This document shows, in pieces, positions 16,786-26,183 of a DNA stretch of 47,445 nucleotides. Positions within the stretch are counted from its first letter, which is position 1. Every line of letters starts with the position of its first letter. The stretch spans positions 1 through 47,445 of the forward strand of contig CAZTPH010000001.1 of assembly GCA_964614705.1 (NCBI GenBank). Reading direction: 5' to 3'. Made by a program: the position numbers and the translations under genes. The DNA is from an uncultured Coxiellaceae bacterium. Lineage in GTDB: Bacteria; Pseudomonadota; Gammaproteobacteria; UBA9339. The notes under the pieces are model-generated. The model was not told where the DNA came from. It saw nothing but the letters and a program-made list of their open reading frames with translations, and searched no databases.

Positions 16786-17544
16786 TTATGCTATACACTC
16801 TATTATTAATATGTTTCCTGCATCTTTAGTTACAACCGTGGCTTTTTGCGGCTTTTTATAGTAACCAATGTTACTCTTTTGGCTAGCAAACGCTGTGAGC
16901 TTATCGATGGCCAAGATTTCTGCTGCAGAGTTATCCGCAGCAAAAATTTGGATATCTTGAGCACGAAGATATTTGGCAAATAACGAAGCCTTTCCGGTCA
17001 GTTTGATCGCAAGGAAATTAGTGATTCCAGATAAAAATATCGGACCACTACCACTGGCTGTAATGGTTATTTTGTTACTATCCACCCAGCTGATTTCAAT
17101 CTTACCACTACCCAGCTGATTAAGTTCTGCCAAACTCACTTGACCATCGATCATTACCGATGCGTTGTCTTTAGTAGTAATACTTAACCCTTTTGAGTTA
17201 AAATCTTTGGTGGATAATTTTACATTCCCAGCAAGAGTTAAATTTTTAAAATTATTCGCTTTAATAGTAAGAAGATGATTACAATTACCGCTAATATACA
17301 AAGTGTGGTTACTAACCGAAGTATTGCAACCCGGATGTTTAGCTATTGAAACATTAGCTAATTTGCCTACACGATTAGATAGCTTAAGCTCAAAATTTCC
17401 ATCAGCTACCAGTGAATCTACAGCGGTTAATTGGTATGACTCAGCTGAACTTAGCGGCATATAGCTTTTACCACTAACCAATAAATTTTTTTGACATCCG
17501 CTTGCCAATAAAATCAGGATTGCGACCAAAAATATTTTATACAT
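16786..17544 (-). CDS. lipoprotein, probable DUF2807/GIN-domain beta-helix protein
   Basis: Lipobox LLASGC. Repetitive G.G.I...G / L.A......V strand pattern (ITITASGSGPIFLSGITNFLAIKLTGKASL). Confidence 0.5.
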   Translation of the reverse strand: MYKIFLVAILILLASGCQKNLLVSGKSYMPLSSAESYQLTAVDSLVADGNFELKLSNRVGKLANVSIAKHPGCNTSVSNHTLYISGNCNHLLTIKANNFKNLTLAGNVKLSTKDFNSKGLSITTKDNASVMIDGQVSLAELNQLGSGKIEISWVDSNKITITASGSGPIFLSGITNFLAIKLTGKASLFAKYLRAQDIQIFAADNSAAEILAIDKLTAFASQKSNIGYYKKPQKATVVTKDAGNILIIECIA

Positions 17545-17580
17545 AATTACTTCCTGTCAAATTTAAATATAATTATACGG

Positions 17581-18309
17581 CTATTTTAACCCCAAATTGA
17601 AAGGATTGAAATTAGTATGGCGATCAAATATGTCAATATTTTCTCTTTGCTTTAAAAATTTGGCCAATGAATAAATCGTTGGGGTAAACACCAACTGATA
17701 GATAATCTTACAAAAATAGGCAGAAAAACTCAAAATCAAGATATTGCCGAAGCTAACAATGCCTAAAAATGCCACCGAGGTAAAAATAAAACTATCAATC
17801 GCTTGGCCAACTAAAGTTGCGCTAGTGGTTCTTAACCATAAATGCCTACCTTGAGTAAAAAGCTTGATTTTGGCAAGCATATAGGTGCCGATAAATTCTC
17901 CAATTAAAAATGCCATGAGTGATGCACCAAGTATCCGCGGAGTACGAGCAAGAATCAGTTCAAATGGCTGCTGTTCTAGCCATGAAGGGTCATATGGCAA
18001 TATTATTGCCAAATAGATCACTAAAGCCACAACAATATTGGCAAAAAAAGCTCCCCAAATTACTCTGCGCGACATAGCATACCCATATACTTCAGTAAGC
18101 AAAATACTTAAGATATAAAGCAAAGGATAAATAAAATCTCCCGCAGTTAACAGAAAAAAACCGCCAAGAGGAACAATTTTTTGCGTGATAATGTTAACCA
18201 CAACAAAAAGAGCCGTAAACAACATGGCAATTAGCGGATAAAACTTTAGCTGTTTTTGCTTGGCAAGTTGATTAGGGTCGTAGATGGTGTGATGGTCATT
18301 ATTATTCAT
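17581..18309 (-). CDS. yhhQ: queuosine precursor transporter (YhhQ/DUF165 family)
   Basis: A polytopic membrane protein with TEVYGY..SRRVIW and GQAIDS motifs characteristic of YhhQ. Confidence 0.8.
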   Translation of the reverse strand: MNNNDHHTIYDPNQLAKQKQLKFYPLIAMLFTALFVVVNIITQKIVPLGGFFLLTAGDFIYPLLYILSILLTEVYGYAMSRRVIWGAFFANIVVALVIYLAIILPYDPSWLEQQPFELILARTPRILGASLMAFLIGEFIGTYMLAKIKLFTQGRHLWLRTTSATLVGQAIDSFIFTSVAFLGIVSFGNILILSFSAYFCKIIYQLVFTPTIYSLAKFLKQRENIDIFDRHTNFNPFNLGLK

Positions 18310-18892
18310 CTGGTAGTTTTCTCAATAATTTTTTCAGCGCTAAGGCGCGGTGGCTAATGTTGTTTTTTACCTCGTTGCTTAGTTCTGCAGCAGTACAACT
18401 ATACTCAGGCACCCAAAAAATAGGGTCGTAACCAAAACCACCAGAGCCTCGCGGTTTATCGGTGATAAAACCATGCCAACTTCCCTGGCAGATAATTGGT
18501 GTTGGATCATCACAGGAGGTTAAAAATACGATCAAACATTGAAAAGTGGCCTGGCGCTGTTCGGCTGGAATATTACGCATTGCAAATAATAGTTTATTGA
18601 TGTTTTCTTGGTCGCTCGCATTAATCCCTGCAAATCTAGCAGAATAGATGCCGGGAGCCTTGGCAAGGGCAGCTACTTCAATTCCCGAATCGTCGCCAAT
18701 GGTTGGCAAACCAGTTTTAGCAGCGGCATTCCTGGCTTTTAAAATAGCATTTTCAACAAAAGTTAAACCGGTTTCCTGGACAGAGGGGATATTGAATTTT
18801 GACTGCAAAAATGGCGTTATCTTTTTTTGAGCTAAAATATTGCTTAATTCTTCAGCTTTTTTAAGATTGTTACTAGCTATTACTATTCGCAT
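18302..18892 (-). CDS. rdgB: dITP/XTP pyrophosphatase (RdgB/HAM1)
   Basis: IVIASNNLKKAEE, GDDSGIEV, GFGYDPIF and SHRALA motifs. Confidence 0.92.
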   Translation of the reverse strand: MRIVIASNNLKKAEELSNILAQKKITPFLQSKFNIPSVQETGLTFVENAILKARNAAAKTGLPTIGDDSGIEVAALAKAPGIYSARFAGINASDQENINKLLFAMRNIPAEQRQATFQCLIVFLTSCDDPTPIICQGSWHGFITDKPRGSGGFGYDPIFWVPEYSCTAAELSNEVKNNISHRALALKKLLRKLPDE

Positions 18893-18906
18893 TTTTTACC
18901 TGCTAA

Positions 18907-19362
18907 CTATCTTAAGGAACCTTTTGCCAAATGTTGCTTTTGTCTTTGCCAATCACGCTCTTTTTCTGTTTGGCGTTTGTCGTGTAGTTTTTTGCCTTTG
19001 GCTAGTGCAATCTCAACTTTGGCGTAATTTCTTTTCCAGTGTAAGTTGAGCGGAACAATAGTGTAACCTTTGCGCTCCACCGAGCCGATTAGCCGATCAA
19101 GTTCTGCTCTTTTAATCAGTAATTTTCTGGTACGATCTGGCACAGCTTTAACATGAGTAGATACGGTCCCAAGGGGAGAGATATGAGCATTGATTAAAAA
19201 TGCTTCGCCACGTTTGATAATCACATGGCTTTCGGCAAGCTGAGCTTTACCGGCGCGCAGGCTTTTTACCTCCCAACCATTTAGAACTATACCAGCTTCA
19301 AAGGTTTGTTCTACCTGATAATCATGGCGTGCCTTTCTGTTATCGGCAATGATAGTTGACAT
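18907..19362 (-). CDS. smpB: SsrA-binding protein
   Basis: [22 protein letters not shown] and a C-terminal basic tail. 151 aa. Confidence 0.95.
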   Translation of the reverse strand: MSTIIADNRKARHDYQVEQTFEAGIVLNGWEVKSLRAGKAQLAESHVIIKRGEAFLINAHISPLGTVSTHVKAVPDRTRKLLIKRAELDRLIGSVERKGYTIVPLNLHWKRNYAKVEIALAKGKKLHDKRQTEKERDWQRQKQHLAKGSLR

Positions 19363-19383
19363 AAAAGTAGCTGATAGCGATCT

Positions 19384-19674
19384 TTACTTAATCTGTACTA
19401 GTTTATTATTTTGAAAAACCAGGATCAGTTTGTTTTTGGTGATTTTGCCACCGTTTACCTGCTTGGTGTAGACATATAATCTTTCGTTATTATTAAATAG
19501 ATCTTCAAGCACTGGCGCTCCCAGAATAGCATTGACCTGTTGCTTGTCCATTCCCAATTGAATTTTATTAATCATTTTACTATCAATAAGATTACCTTGT
19601 TCAACGGTAACCCTATAAGGATGACAGCCAGCCAAGAACCAGGTCATAATCAAAATGGAGATAATTTTTCTCAT
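19384..19674 (-). CDS. bamE: outer membrane protein assembly factor BamE (SmpA/OmlA)
   Basis: Lipobox LAGC, the YRVTVEQGN..I..I..GM.KQQV..ILG.P motif, and the classic position next to smpB. Confidence 0.85.
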   Translation of the reverse strand: MRKIISILIMTWFLAGCHPYRVTVEQGNLIDSKMINKIQLGMDKQQVNAILGAPVLEDLFNNNERLYVYTKQVNGGKITKNKLILVFQNNKLVQIK

Positions 19675-19779
19675 ACTAATAACCTCTTACGCTTTTTTTT
19701 ACATGTTAGCCCGTAGCTCTTTGTAAATCAAACAATAATTTGTTATAATGCGTGTCAGTGCTGAAAGTAAGGAGTTAAT

Positions 19780-20340
19780 ATGTCAAAGGAACCACAATTG
19801 AATACAAATATCTGGTCAAAGCGCGATTTGGGTTTTGATCTACCCCTAGATTTAACCACCTTTACTCCAGAAGACATTAATTATTTAAGAGAAAATAACT
19901 ACCCATTTTTACAAATAGCTAACGCTAATGCCAAATTTGACAAAATAATTACAGTAAATTTAATAACCTTAAACAATGGCTGGGTAGTTCATGATTATGG
20001 CTATGCAATTAGTATATCGATGCCACATAACTTTGAAAGTAAAAAACAGCTGTTGTTGGCACAGGGAGCAAAAGGGCAAATTGCTGTAGCTAGCGAAATT
20101 GCCAAGATAATTTCCACTAGAGGGTGGGGAACCGTAGAGTTGATAGACGGGACTAAAAACCTAAGCAAGCTACTTTGGATAGAATTAAGAAGGTTCGGTT
20201 TAGAATTCAGGGGTTATGAGCCATCCCAAGAAGATGAGCATACTTACAATATGGTCATGAATCATACTAAGGCCAGAGGAGAGGTTTGGGAGAAATCACT
20301 TCCTCAATCAGTCGAACTAAAGATATCAGGAACAAAATAA
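19780..20340 (+). CDS. hypothetical protein (186 aa)
   Basis: ORF with an AAGGAG Shine-Dalgarno (gtaaggagttaatATG). I cannot assign a family with confidence. Confidence 0.6.
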   Translation: MSKEPQLNTNIWSKRDLGFDLPLDLTTFTPEDINYLRENNYPFLQIANANAKFDKIITVNLITLNNGWVVHDYGYAISISMPHNFESKKQLLLAQGAKGQIAVASEIAKIISTRGWGTVELIDGTKNLSKLLWIELRRFGLEFRGYEPSQEDEHTYNMVMNHTKARGEVWEKSLPQSVELKISGTK

Positions 20341-20364
20341 ATTTCACTAAAATTAGGAGGTTTT

Positions 20365-20646
20365 ATGGAAGGGGATAAAAATAAACCAATAGAGCTGCCA
20401 AAAGTCCTTAGGAGCATGGAGAGTATTGCAATTTCGTTGGAAACAAACACAGGAAGTCTAATCGACGAGTGTGTCGGTATAGTAACAAGCTTGAAGGAGG
20501 CTTTGACAGATCAAAATCAAGTTCGAGCTATTTTAGCAGGACCTCTGCCAGCTACTGGATTAGTGGATTTTACTAATCCAGTATCGGTAAATAATGCTGT
20601 CGATAAAATATACGATATCTTGTCAATAGAAGTAGTGCAATCCTAA
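20365..20646 (+). CDS. hypothetical protein (93 aa)
   Basis: ORF with an AGGAGG Shine-Dalgarno 6 nt upstream, starting 24 nt after the previous gene. No recognisable motif. Confidence 0.55.
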   Translation: MEGDKNKPIELPKVLRSMESIAISLETNTGSLIDECVGIVTSLKEALTDQNQVRAILAGPLPATGLVDFTNPVSVNNAVDKIYDILSIEVVQS

Positions 20647-20902
20647 CAAGGTCCAAAAAAAATAAAAATAGGAGAAATGGCAATAGATCTGGAGGATAAA
20701 AAAGTAAGGGCATACCTCTAAAGATGCGTTTACTACTCGGCATGCAAGAGGCTGTTAATTTGGATCAATTATCACAAGAAGAAAATACAGAATTTAAAAA
20801 GCATATAGGACAAATAATTATCTAAAAAAGAGGAAATTTTCCGGATAGTAAAATGTGACTGCTTAACCGAATAAAAATTGCTAGGCATAGCGACGCGGAA
20901 AT

Positions 20903-21721
20903 CTAAACAACCGCATCAACAGCGCGCAAAATTCCTGCCAAATCCAGGTGATAAGCTATCTCTTGATATCCCGCAATATTTAGCAACTCCCTGACCGATT
21001 TACTTTGATCATAACCATGCTCCAGAATCAATCTTCCGCCACTAGTTAACCTATCTTTGGCCTGCAAAATGATTGTTCGCAGTGCATCCAGTCCATCGCA
21101 AGATTGCAACGCAAGTTTAGGCTCAAAGCATAGATCACCTTGCTCCAAATGCGGATCTGTATCTGATAGATAAGGGGGATTGCTAATTATGGCATCAAAG
21201 TTAAGCTTAGGTAAAGCATCGCACCAAAAACCACAATAAAATTCTACATTATTAACCCCGAGTTGCATCGCGTTATAACTTGCTACTTGCAGAGCATCCC
21301 CGCTAAGATCAGTGGCAACTATCTTCCAGCTGGGCCTCTCTTTAGCAAGTGCTAGTGCAATCGCGCCAGAACCCGTGCCTAGGTCTGCAATACAGGCATC
21401 TTTATTTTTAACCTTGCTTAAAGCTAGCTCCACTAAAAGCTCGGTTTCAGGCCTAGGAATTAAGACCTTATCATTGACAGCAAGCTCAAGAGAGAAAAAT
21501 TCTTTTTTGCCCAAAAGATAAGCAATTGGCTCTCCTTGCAAACGTTTTTTATACAAAAACTCAAAATACTCTTGTTCGCTACTAGTAAGCTCATATTCTG
21601 GGTAGGTATACAGAAAAGAACGAGATTTGTTTAGTACCTTAATTAGTAGCTGCTCTAGATCGATTCGTTCGGTGGTAGATTTTGGCAATTTTCTTTGCGC
21701 AACAATCTCTCTTAGCCGCAT
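20903..21721 (-). CDS. prmC: peptide chain release factor N5-glutamine methyltransferase
   Basis: SAM motif DLGTGSGAIA and catalytic NPPY (IISNPPYL). Confidence 0.92.
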   Translation of the reverse strand: MRLREIVAQRKLPKSTTERIDLEQLLIKVLNKSRSFLYTYPEYELTSSEQEYFEFLYKKRLQGEPIAYLLGKKEFFSLELAVNDKVLIPRPETELLVELALSKVKNKDACIADLGTGSGAIALALAKERPSWKIVATDLSGDALQVASYNAMQLGVNNVEFYCGFWCDALPKLNFDAIISNPPYLSDTDPHLEQGDLCFEPKLALQSCDGLDALRTIILQAKDRLTSGGRLILEHGYDQSKSVRELLNIAGYQEIAYHLDLAGILRAVDAVV

Positions 21722-22974
21722 AACTCCTCTACGGCCGCTAGAATTTTTTTAGTCGAACCACGGTATTTTTCAACTACATCAAGCGCCCTAGCTCCAAGAA
21801 CTTCCCTTTTTTGTACATCATTAAATAACTCAATAACTTTTTTTGCCAACTCATCTTCATTTGAAACTACTACTAATGCCTCATGATCAATTAAGATCTG
21901 ACTAACTTCTAAAAACGCACTTAAATGGTTACCGCTTAAAACTGGCTTGGATAAAGAGGCTGGCTCAAGTAGATTATGCCCTCCCCAAGGAACCAGACTT
22001 CCGCCTACAAATGCAATATCGGATATGGCATAAAGCATTAATAGTTGTCCCATCACATCTCCTAGGAGCAGATTAGTATCGCTTTTATATTCAGCAGATA
22101 AATTACTAAAACGCGCCACTTTAAATCCTTGCTGTACACTTAAATTATATACTTCATCAAAACGCTCGGGATGTCTTGGAACTAAAATTAATAACGCATC
22201 TGGTTTGATAGCAAGAACTGCTTTAGCTGCTGATAATACTTTTTCTTCTTCAAATTTATGCGTGCTAGCCGCTATCCAAGTTGGTCTCATAGTACCTAAA
22301 CTTTCGCGCAATGATGTTGCTTGGCTAATTAAATCTTGAGCTATTTCCAGATCAAACTTAATATTGCCGATAACTTTCAAACGCTGTTTTTTCAGGCCAA
22401 GAGATAAAAAACGCTCTCCATCTAATTTACTTTGGGCCAAAACCAAATCGAGATAATTTAAAGTGGCACTAGTAAGCGAAGCGATTTTTTGGTAACCACC
22501 ATATGATTTTTGCGACAATCTTGCGTTAGCAAGTAAGATAGGAATTTTATTCCGATGAGTATAGTAAATTAGATTAGGCCATAATTCGGTTTCCATTATA
22601 ATCAACAGCTTAGGATTTATTTGCCGCAAGAATCGCTTAATTGCAAAAGGATAATCATAAGGGAGATAAAGCAGAGTAATTTGGTTAGCAAAAATATGCT
22701 CTAATCTATCTCTGCCGGTAGGTGTCATGGTGGTAACTATCATTCGTCTAGTAGGGTACAATTCGAGCAAAGCTTTTATTAGTGGTGCAGCAGAAATCGC
22801 TTCTCCAACTGACACTACATGTACCCAAATAGACTGGTTGGTTAGTGGTACATTTAAACCAAATCTTTCCAAAATATGTTGGTTGTAAGCGCGGTTTTTT
22901 CTCGCCCGCCAAAATAACCTTAATGGCAAAAAGGGCAAGATTAAATAGAGCAATAGGGTATAGATATATCTCAT
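21712..22974 (-). CDS. waaA: 3-deoxy-D-manno-octulosonic acid (Kdo) transferase
   Basis: 420 aa with an N-terminal anchor, WVHVVSVGE motif and a GGSL..GGHN.LEP C-terminal glycosyltransferase motif. Confidence 0.92.
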   Translation of the reverse strand: MRYIYTLLLYLILPFLPLRLFWRARKNRAYNQHILERFGLNVPLTNQSIWVHVVSVGEAISAAPLIKALLELYPTRRMIVTTMTPTGRDRLEHIFANQITLLYLPYDYPFAIKRFLRQINPKLLIIMETELWPNLIYYTHRNKIPILLANARLSQKSYGGYQKIASLTSATLNYLDLVLAQSKLDGERFLSLGLKKQRLKVIGNIKFDLEIAQDLISQATSLRESLGTMRPTWIAASTHKFEEEKVLSAAKAVLAIKPDALLILVPRHPERFDEVYNLSVQQGFKVARFSNLSAEYKSDTNLLLGDVMGQLLMLYAISDIAFVGGSLVPWGGHNLLEPASLSKPVLSGNHLSAFLEVSQILIDHEALVVVSNEDELAKKVIELFNDVQKREVLGARALDVVEKYRGSTKKILAAVEELCG

Positions 22975-23147
22975 ACGACCAAGGATCGTATCATGATCAG
23001 CAGGTGATGTAAAAAAAGCGTCATATGCTGGCTTATCAGACGGCGTTATGGCGATACTAGCATAAAATTATTAGCTAAACTCTTTAAAAGTATGGTATAT
23101 TTAACTGGCAGTTTTTGTAAACTTTACCAATATTTAAGGAGTTTGAT

Positions 23148-23402
23148 ATGTATAAAAAAATGTGCTGTAGGTTAATTGCTATTGCCACTGTAGTCATTGC
23201 TGTTTTAATGGCAATACTGGCTAATTTCAAAGCTGGGAATGGAATTAACCAAGTAGTAATGGTTATCTTTAGCTCTTTTCAGATTATGATTCCAGTATTA
23301 GCAATAGGTGCTTTACTGAAGTATCTATTCTGTGACAGTAAACATTCACATGGTGATAACTGTGATTGTAATGATGATGTTCGTTGCGGCGGCGCTAAGT
23401 AA
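23148..23402 (+). CDS. small membrane protein with a Cys/His/Asp-rich C-terminal tail (84 aa)
   Basis: AAGGAG Shine-Dalgarno, two predicted TM helices, a CDSKHSHGDNCDCNDDVRCGG tail, and a strong terminator immediately downstream. Confidence 0.6.
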   Translation: MYKKMCCRLIAIATVVIAVLMAILANFKAGNGINQVVMVIFSSFQIMIPVLAIGALLKYLFCDSKHSHGDNCDCNDDVRCGGAK

Positions 23403-23414
23403 TAATTAATTGCA

Positions 23415-23441
23415 GGGGGCTACGAAAAGCCCCCTTTTTTT
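23415..23441 (+). terminator. rho-independent terminator, embedded in the 3' end of the convergent cca gene
   Basis: gggggc-tacgaaaa-gccccc stem-loop followed by ttttttt. On the opposite strand this same sequence encodes the last residues of Cca (..KKGGFS). Confidence 0.75.
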
Positions 23442-24508
23442 ATCTTATCTACTCTCTTTTTATGTAAAATAGCGCGCAGTTGATTTTTTGGAGTTTGATC
23501 AATCGTCTTTTTGCTTAGCCGTACCGCTTTGGTGCCACTGTAGGCAGCAGATATTTGTTTTTTTAATTTAGCACTTCCTCCATTTGCCTCATAAGCTATT
23601 AAAGCCTGTTGCAACCTGGCTTGATTTCTATAGCCATCAGTTTTTTCAAGTAAAGAGATAACCTCTTCTGCTGTTAGAGGATACTTTCCATGCTCGGCTT
23701 TAACTCTGTTAGTAATCACCGCAAGATCACGATAGTTGTTAGGTAGCTTGTATCTCTTACAGAAATTTTTTAATTCATTAATATCAAGAGCTGTTGCTAA
23801 AGCTGCAAAACGTAACATCCCATCATCAACTAGCCCGGTGGCTTTTTTTAGGATTTTCTGTGCCGATGATAAATGACACGCAATTTCAGGAAAGAGTTTA
23901 ACTAAAGCATTACAGCTTTTTAATACAGTAAAAAACTTATGTGGAGCAACCTCACCTAATGCCCGCTTTAGTTCTTGCCAAACTCGTTCGGGAATAAGAG
24001 CATCAATTTCACCGTTTGCTACCATCTCTTTCATTAATTTATTGGTCTTGGTGGCGACTTTAAACTCACTAAAACGTGCTGCAAATCTTGCTACTCGTAA
24101 AACGCGTACAGGATCTTCAATAAACGCTAAAGATAGATGTCGTAAAATTTTCTTTTTAAGATCTGCTACTCCGCCATAAGGATCAATAATTCTACCACTA
24201 GCATCCTTAGCAATAGCATTAATGGTGAGATCACGTCTTTTTAGATCTTCTTGCAGGGTAACAGTAGGTTCAAAATGACAGATAAAGTTGGTATAACCTT
24301 TCCCAGTTTTACGCTCTGTTCTTGCTAGCGCATACTCTTCATGCGTTTTGGGATGTAAAAACACCGGGAACTCTCTACCAACCTTTTTAAATCCTAATTT
24401 AACCAGCTCTTTTTCAGTAGCGCCCACCACCACATAATCGCGTTCCTTGACAGCAAGCCCAAGCAATTTGTCGCGTACCGCCCCACCTACAAGATATACT
24501 TTCATCAA
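23420..24508 (-). CDS. cca: tRNA nucleotidyltransferase (CCA-adding enzyme family), short form
   Basis: MKVYLVGGAVRDKLLG, RDLTINA and EDPVRVLRVARFAAR are collinear with E. coli Cca. It is 362 aa, and I could not see the HD-domain motifs of the E. coli enzyme. Confidence 0.9.
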   Translation of the reverse strand: MMKVYLVGGAVRDKLLGLAVKERDYVVVGATEKELVKLGFKKVGREFPVFLHPKTHEEYALARTERKTGKGYTNFICHFEPTVTLQEDLKRRDLTINAIAKDASGRIIDPYGGVADLKKKILRHLSLAFIEDPVRVLRVARFAARFSEFKVATKTNKLMKEMVANGEIDALIPERVWQELKRALGEVAPHKFFTVLKSCNALVKLFPEIACHLSSAQKILKKATGLVDDGMLRFAALATALDINELKNFCKRYKLPNNYRDLAVITNRVKAEHGKYPLTAEEVISLLEKTDGYRNQARLQQALIAYEANGGSAKLKKQISAAYSGTKAVRLSKKTIDQTPKNQLRAILHKKRVDKIKKGGFS

Positions 24509-24552
24509 CCACCCATTCTAGGTTAGAATATATTCTAAAAACGAGAAACCCA

Positions 24553-25401
24553 ATGTCACCCAACTTAATATTACAATATCTTTTGCCAAAAGACATTCTA
24601 TCATGGCTAGTAGCCAAAATAGCTACCTGTAAAATAGTCTGGGTAAAAAATTTCCTCATCGCTGTTTACATAAGGCGCTTTAAGGTTGACCTATCTGATG
24701 CCGCTGAAAGCAATTATCTTAATTATCAAAGTCTTAGTGATTTTTTTACCAGAGCTTTGAAACCAGAGGCTCGTCCTATCGTAAGATCACTGAATATTGT
24801 ACTGTCTCCTGTTGATGGCACTATCTATCAAATGGGAAAAATTGATAAAAATCAAATAATTATTGCTAAAGGTCGGGGATTTAGCGTAGAAGAGTTATTA
24901 GGAGAGCCCAACCAAAATGAATACTATGGTGGTTCCTTCATAGTACTTTATCTTTCGCCAAGCGATTATCACAGAATTCATGCTCCCGTTGCTAGTAGAT
25001 TGATATTAATGCGTCATATCCCAGGCTCATTATTTTCTGTAAATCCCAAGGTCACAGATCAAGCTCCCAAGATTTTTGCCAAAAATGAAAGGGTAGTTAA
25101 TATCTTCGCAGATAAATCTCAAAATAAGATCGCGGTGGTTTTGGTCGGAGCAATGATAGTTGGCAGTATCGAAACCAAATGGCATCGCGTGGTCAATAAT
25201 CATGCAAACAAACAAACAACAGAGTGGCACTACTCGGATCAAAATATTAATTTTGACCAAGGGGATGAACTGGGTAGATTTAATTTTGGCTCTACAGTAA
25301 TTTTACTATTTCCACCCCAAGCGATTACTTGGAATGATTCCCTAAAAATAGGGAATAAAGTAAAAATGGGTGAAATCATATGTAACATTAAGAGCAGCTA
25401 G
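24553..25401 (+). CDS. psd: phosphatidylserine decarboxylase proenzyme
   Basis: YHRIH motif and the FGSTV self-cleavage site near the C-terminus. Confidence 0.92.
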   Translation: MSPNLILQYLLPKDILSWLVAKIATCKIVWVKNFLIAVYIRRFKVDLSDAAESNYLNYQSLSDFFTRALKPEARPIVRSLNIVLSPVDGTIYQMGKIDKNQIIIAKGRGFSVEELLGEPNQNEYYGGSFIVLYLSPSDYHRIHAPVASRLILMRHIPGSLFSVNPKVTDQAPKIFAKNERVVNIFADKSQNKIAVVLVGAMIVGSIETKWHRVVNNHANKQTTEWHYSDQNINFDQGDELGRFNFGSTVILLFPPQAITWNDSLKIGNKVKMGEIICNIKSS

Positions 25402-26171
25402 TGATTAGACTCCCTCCTAAAAAAAAGTCGTTGGGGCAACATTTTTTACATGATCACCATGTTATTGCTGCCATAATTAGGTTGATTAATCCTCAAATGG
25501 ATGATCATGTAGTAGAGATTGGATCTGGAGCAGGAGCGCTTACAGCCGAGCTATTACCCAAAGTAAGCGCGTTAACTGCAATCGAGATCGATCAAGAGAT
25601 CATCCCCTATCTTCAAGATCACTGTAAACATTCGCCCAAATTAAAAGTTCATCTTGCAGACGTACTAAAATTTGATTTTAGTTCTCTTGGTTCTTCTCTT
25701 AGATTGGTAGGAAACCTACCCTACAATATTTCTACACCACTGCTATTTTATTTATTACACAATATTGAGGCAATTAAGGATATCCACTTCATGTTGCAAA
25801 AAGAGGTGGCTGATCGCATCGTAGCTGAGCCTAATTCAAAAACTTATGGCCGTCTCAGTGTAATGATCCAATATTATTTTGATGTTAAAATAGTGCTTAA
25901 AATAGCGCCAGGATCATTTTCTCCGCCACCCAAAGTTAACTCAGCCATTGTTAGGTTTATCCCTCGTCTTATCCGCGAATTAACTATGGCAGAGGAGTCA
26001 AATTTTAATCGGGTAGTCAAAGAAGCTTTTAGTATGAGGCGCAAAACCATAGCCAATAGTTTAAAAAAATATTTTTCCGCTGAGCGGCTAATTGAACTTG
26101 GGGTTAATCCAAAATTACGCGCTGAAAATCTTAACTCTAGGCAATTTATTACTCTATCCAAACAAACCTAA
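25401..26171 (+). CDS. rsmA: 16S rRNA (adenine1518/1519-N6)-dimethyltransferase
   Basis: LGQHFL, EIGSGAGALT and GNLPYNISTP motifs. The GTG start overlaps the psd stop by 1 nt. Confidence 0.93.
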   Translation: MIRLPPKKKSLGQHFLHDHHVIAAIIRLINPQMDDHVVEIGSGAGALTAELLPKVSALTAIEIDQEIIPYLQDHCKHSPKLKVHLADVLKFDFSSLGSSLRLVGNLPYNISTPLLFYLLHNIEAIKDIHFMLQKEVADRIVAEPNSKTYGRLSVMIQYYFDVKIVLKIAPGSFSPPPKVNSAIVRFIPRLIRELTMAEESNFNRVVKEAFSMRRKTIANSLKKYFSAERLIELGVNPKLRAENLNSRQFITLSKQT

Positions 26172-26183
26172 AAACAACCGGAC

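Noticed and set aside
18893-19780. I looked for ssrA (tmRNA) next to smpB.
   Set aside because: No tRNA-like acceptor/T-arm sequence (GGTTCGAATCC-type, CCA-proximal end) or tag-ORF is visible in the short spacers around smpB and bamE. ssrA must be elsewhere.
19780-20340. An impression that the 186-aa protein (..GWGTVELIDGTKNLSKLLWIELRRFGLEFRGYEPSQED..) resembles a domain found in polyvalent or conjugative-element proteins.
   Set aside because: I cannot reproduce a defined motif from memory well enough to support a family call, so it is left as hypothetical.
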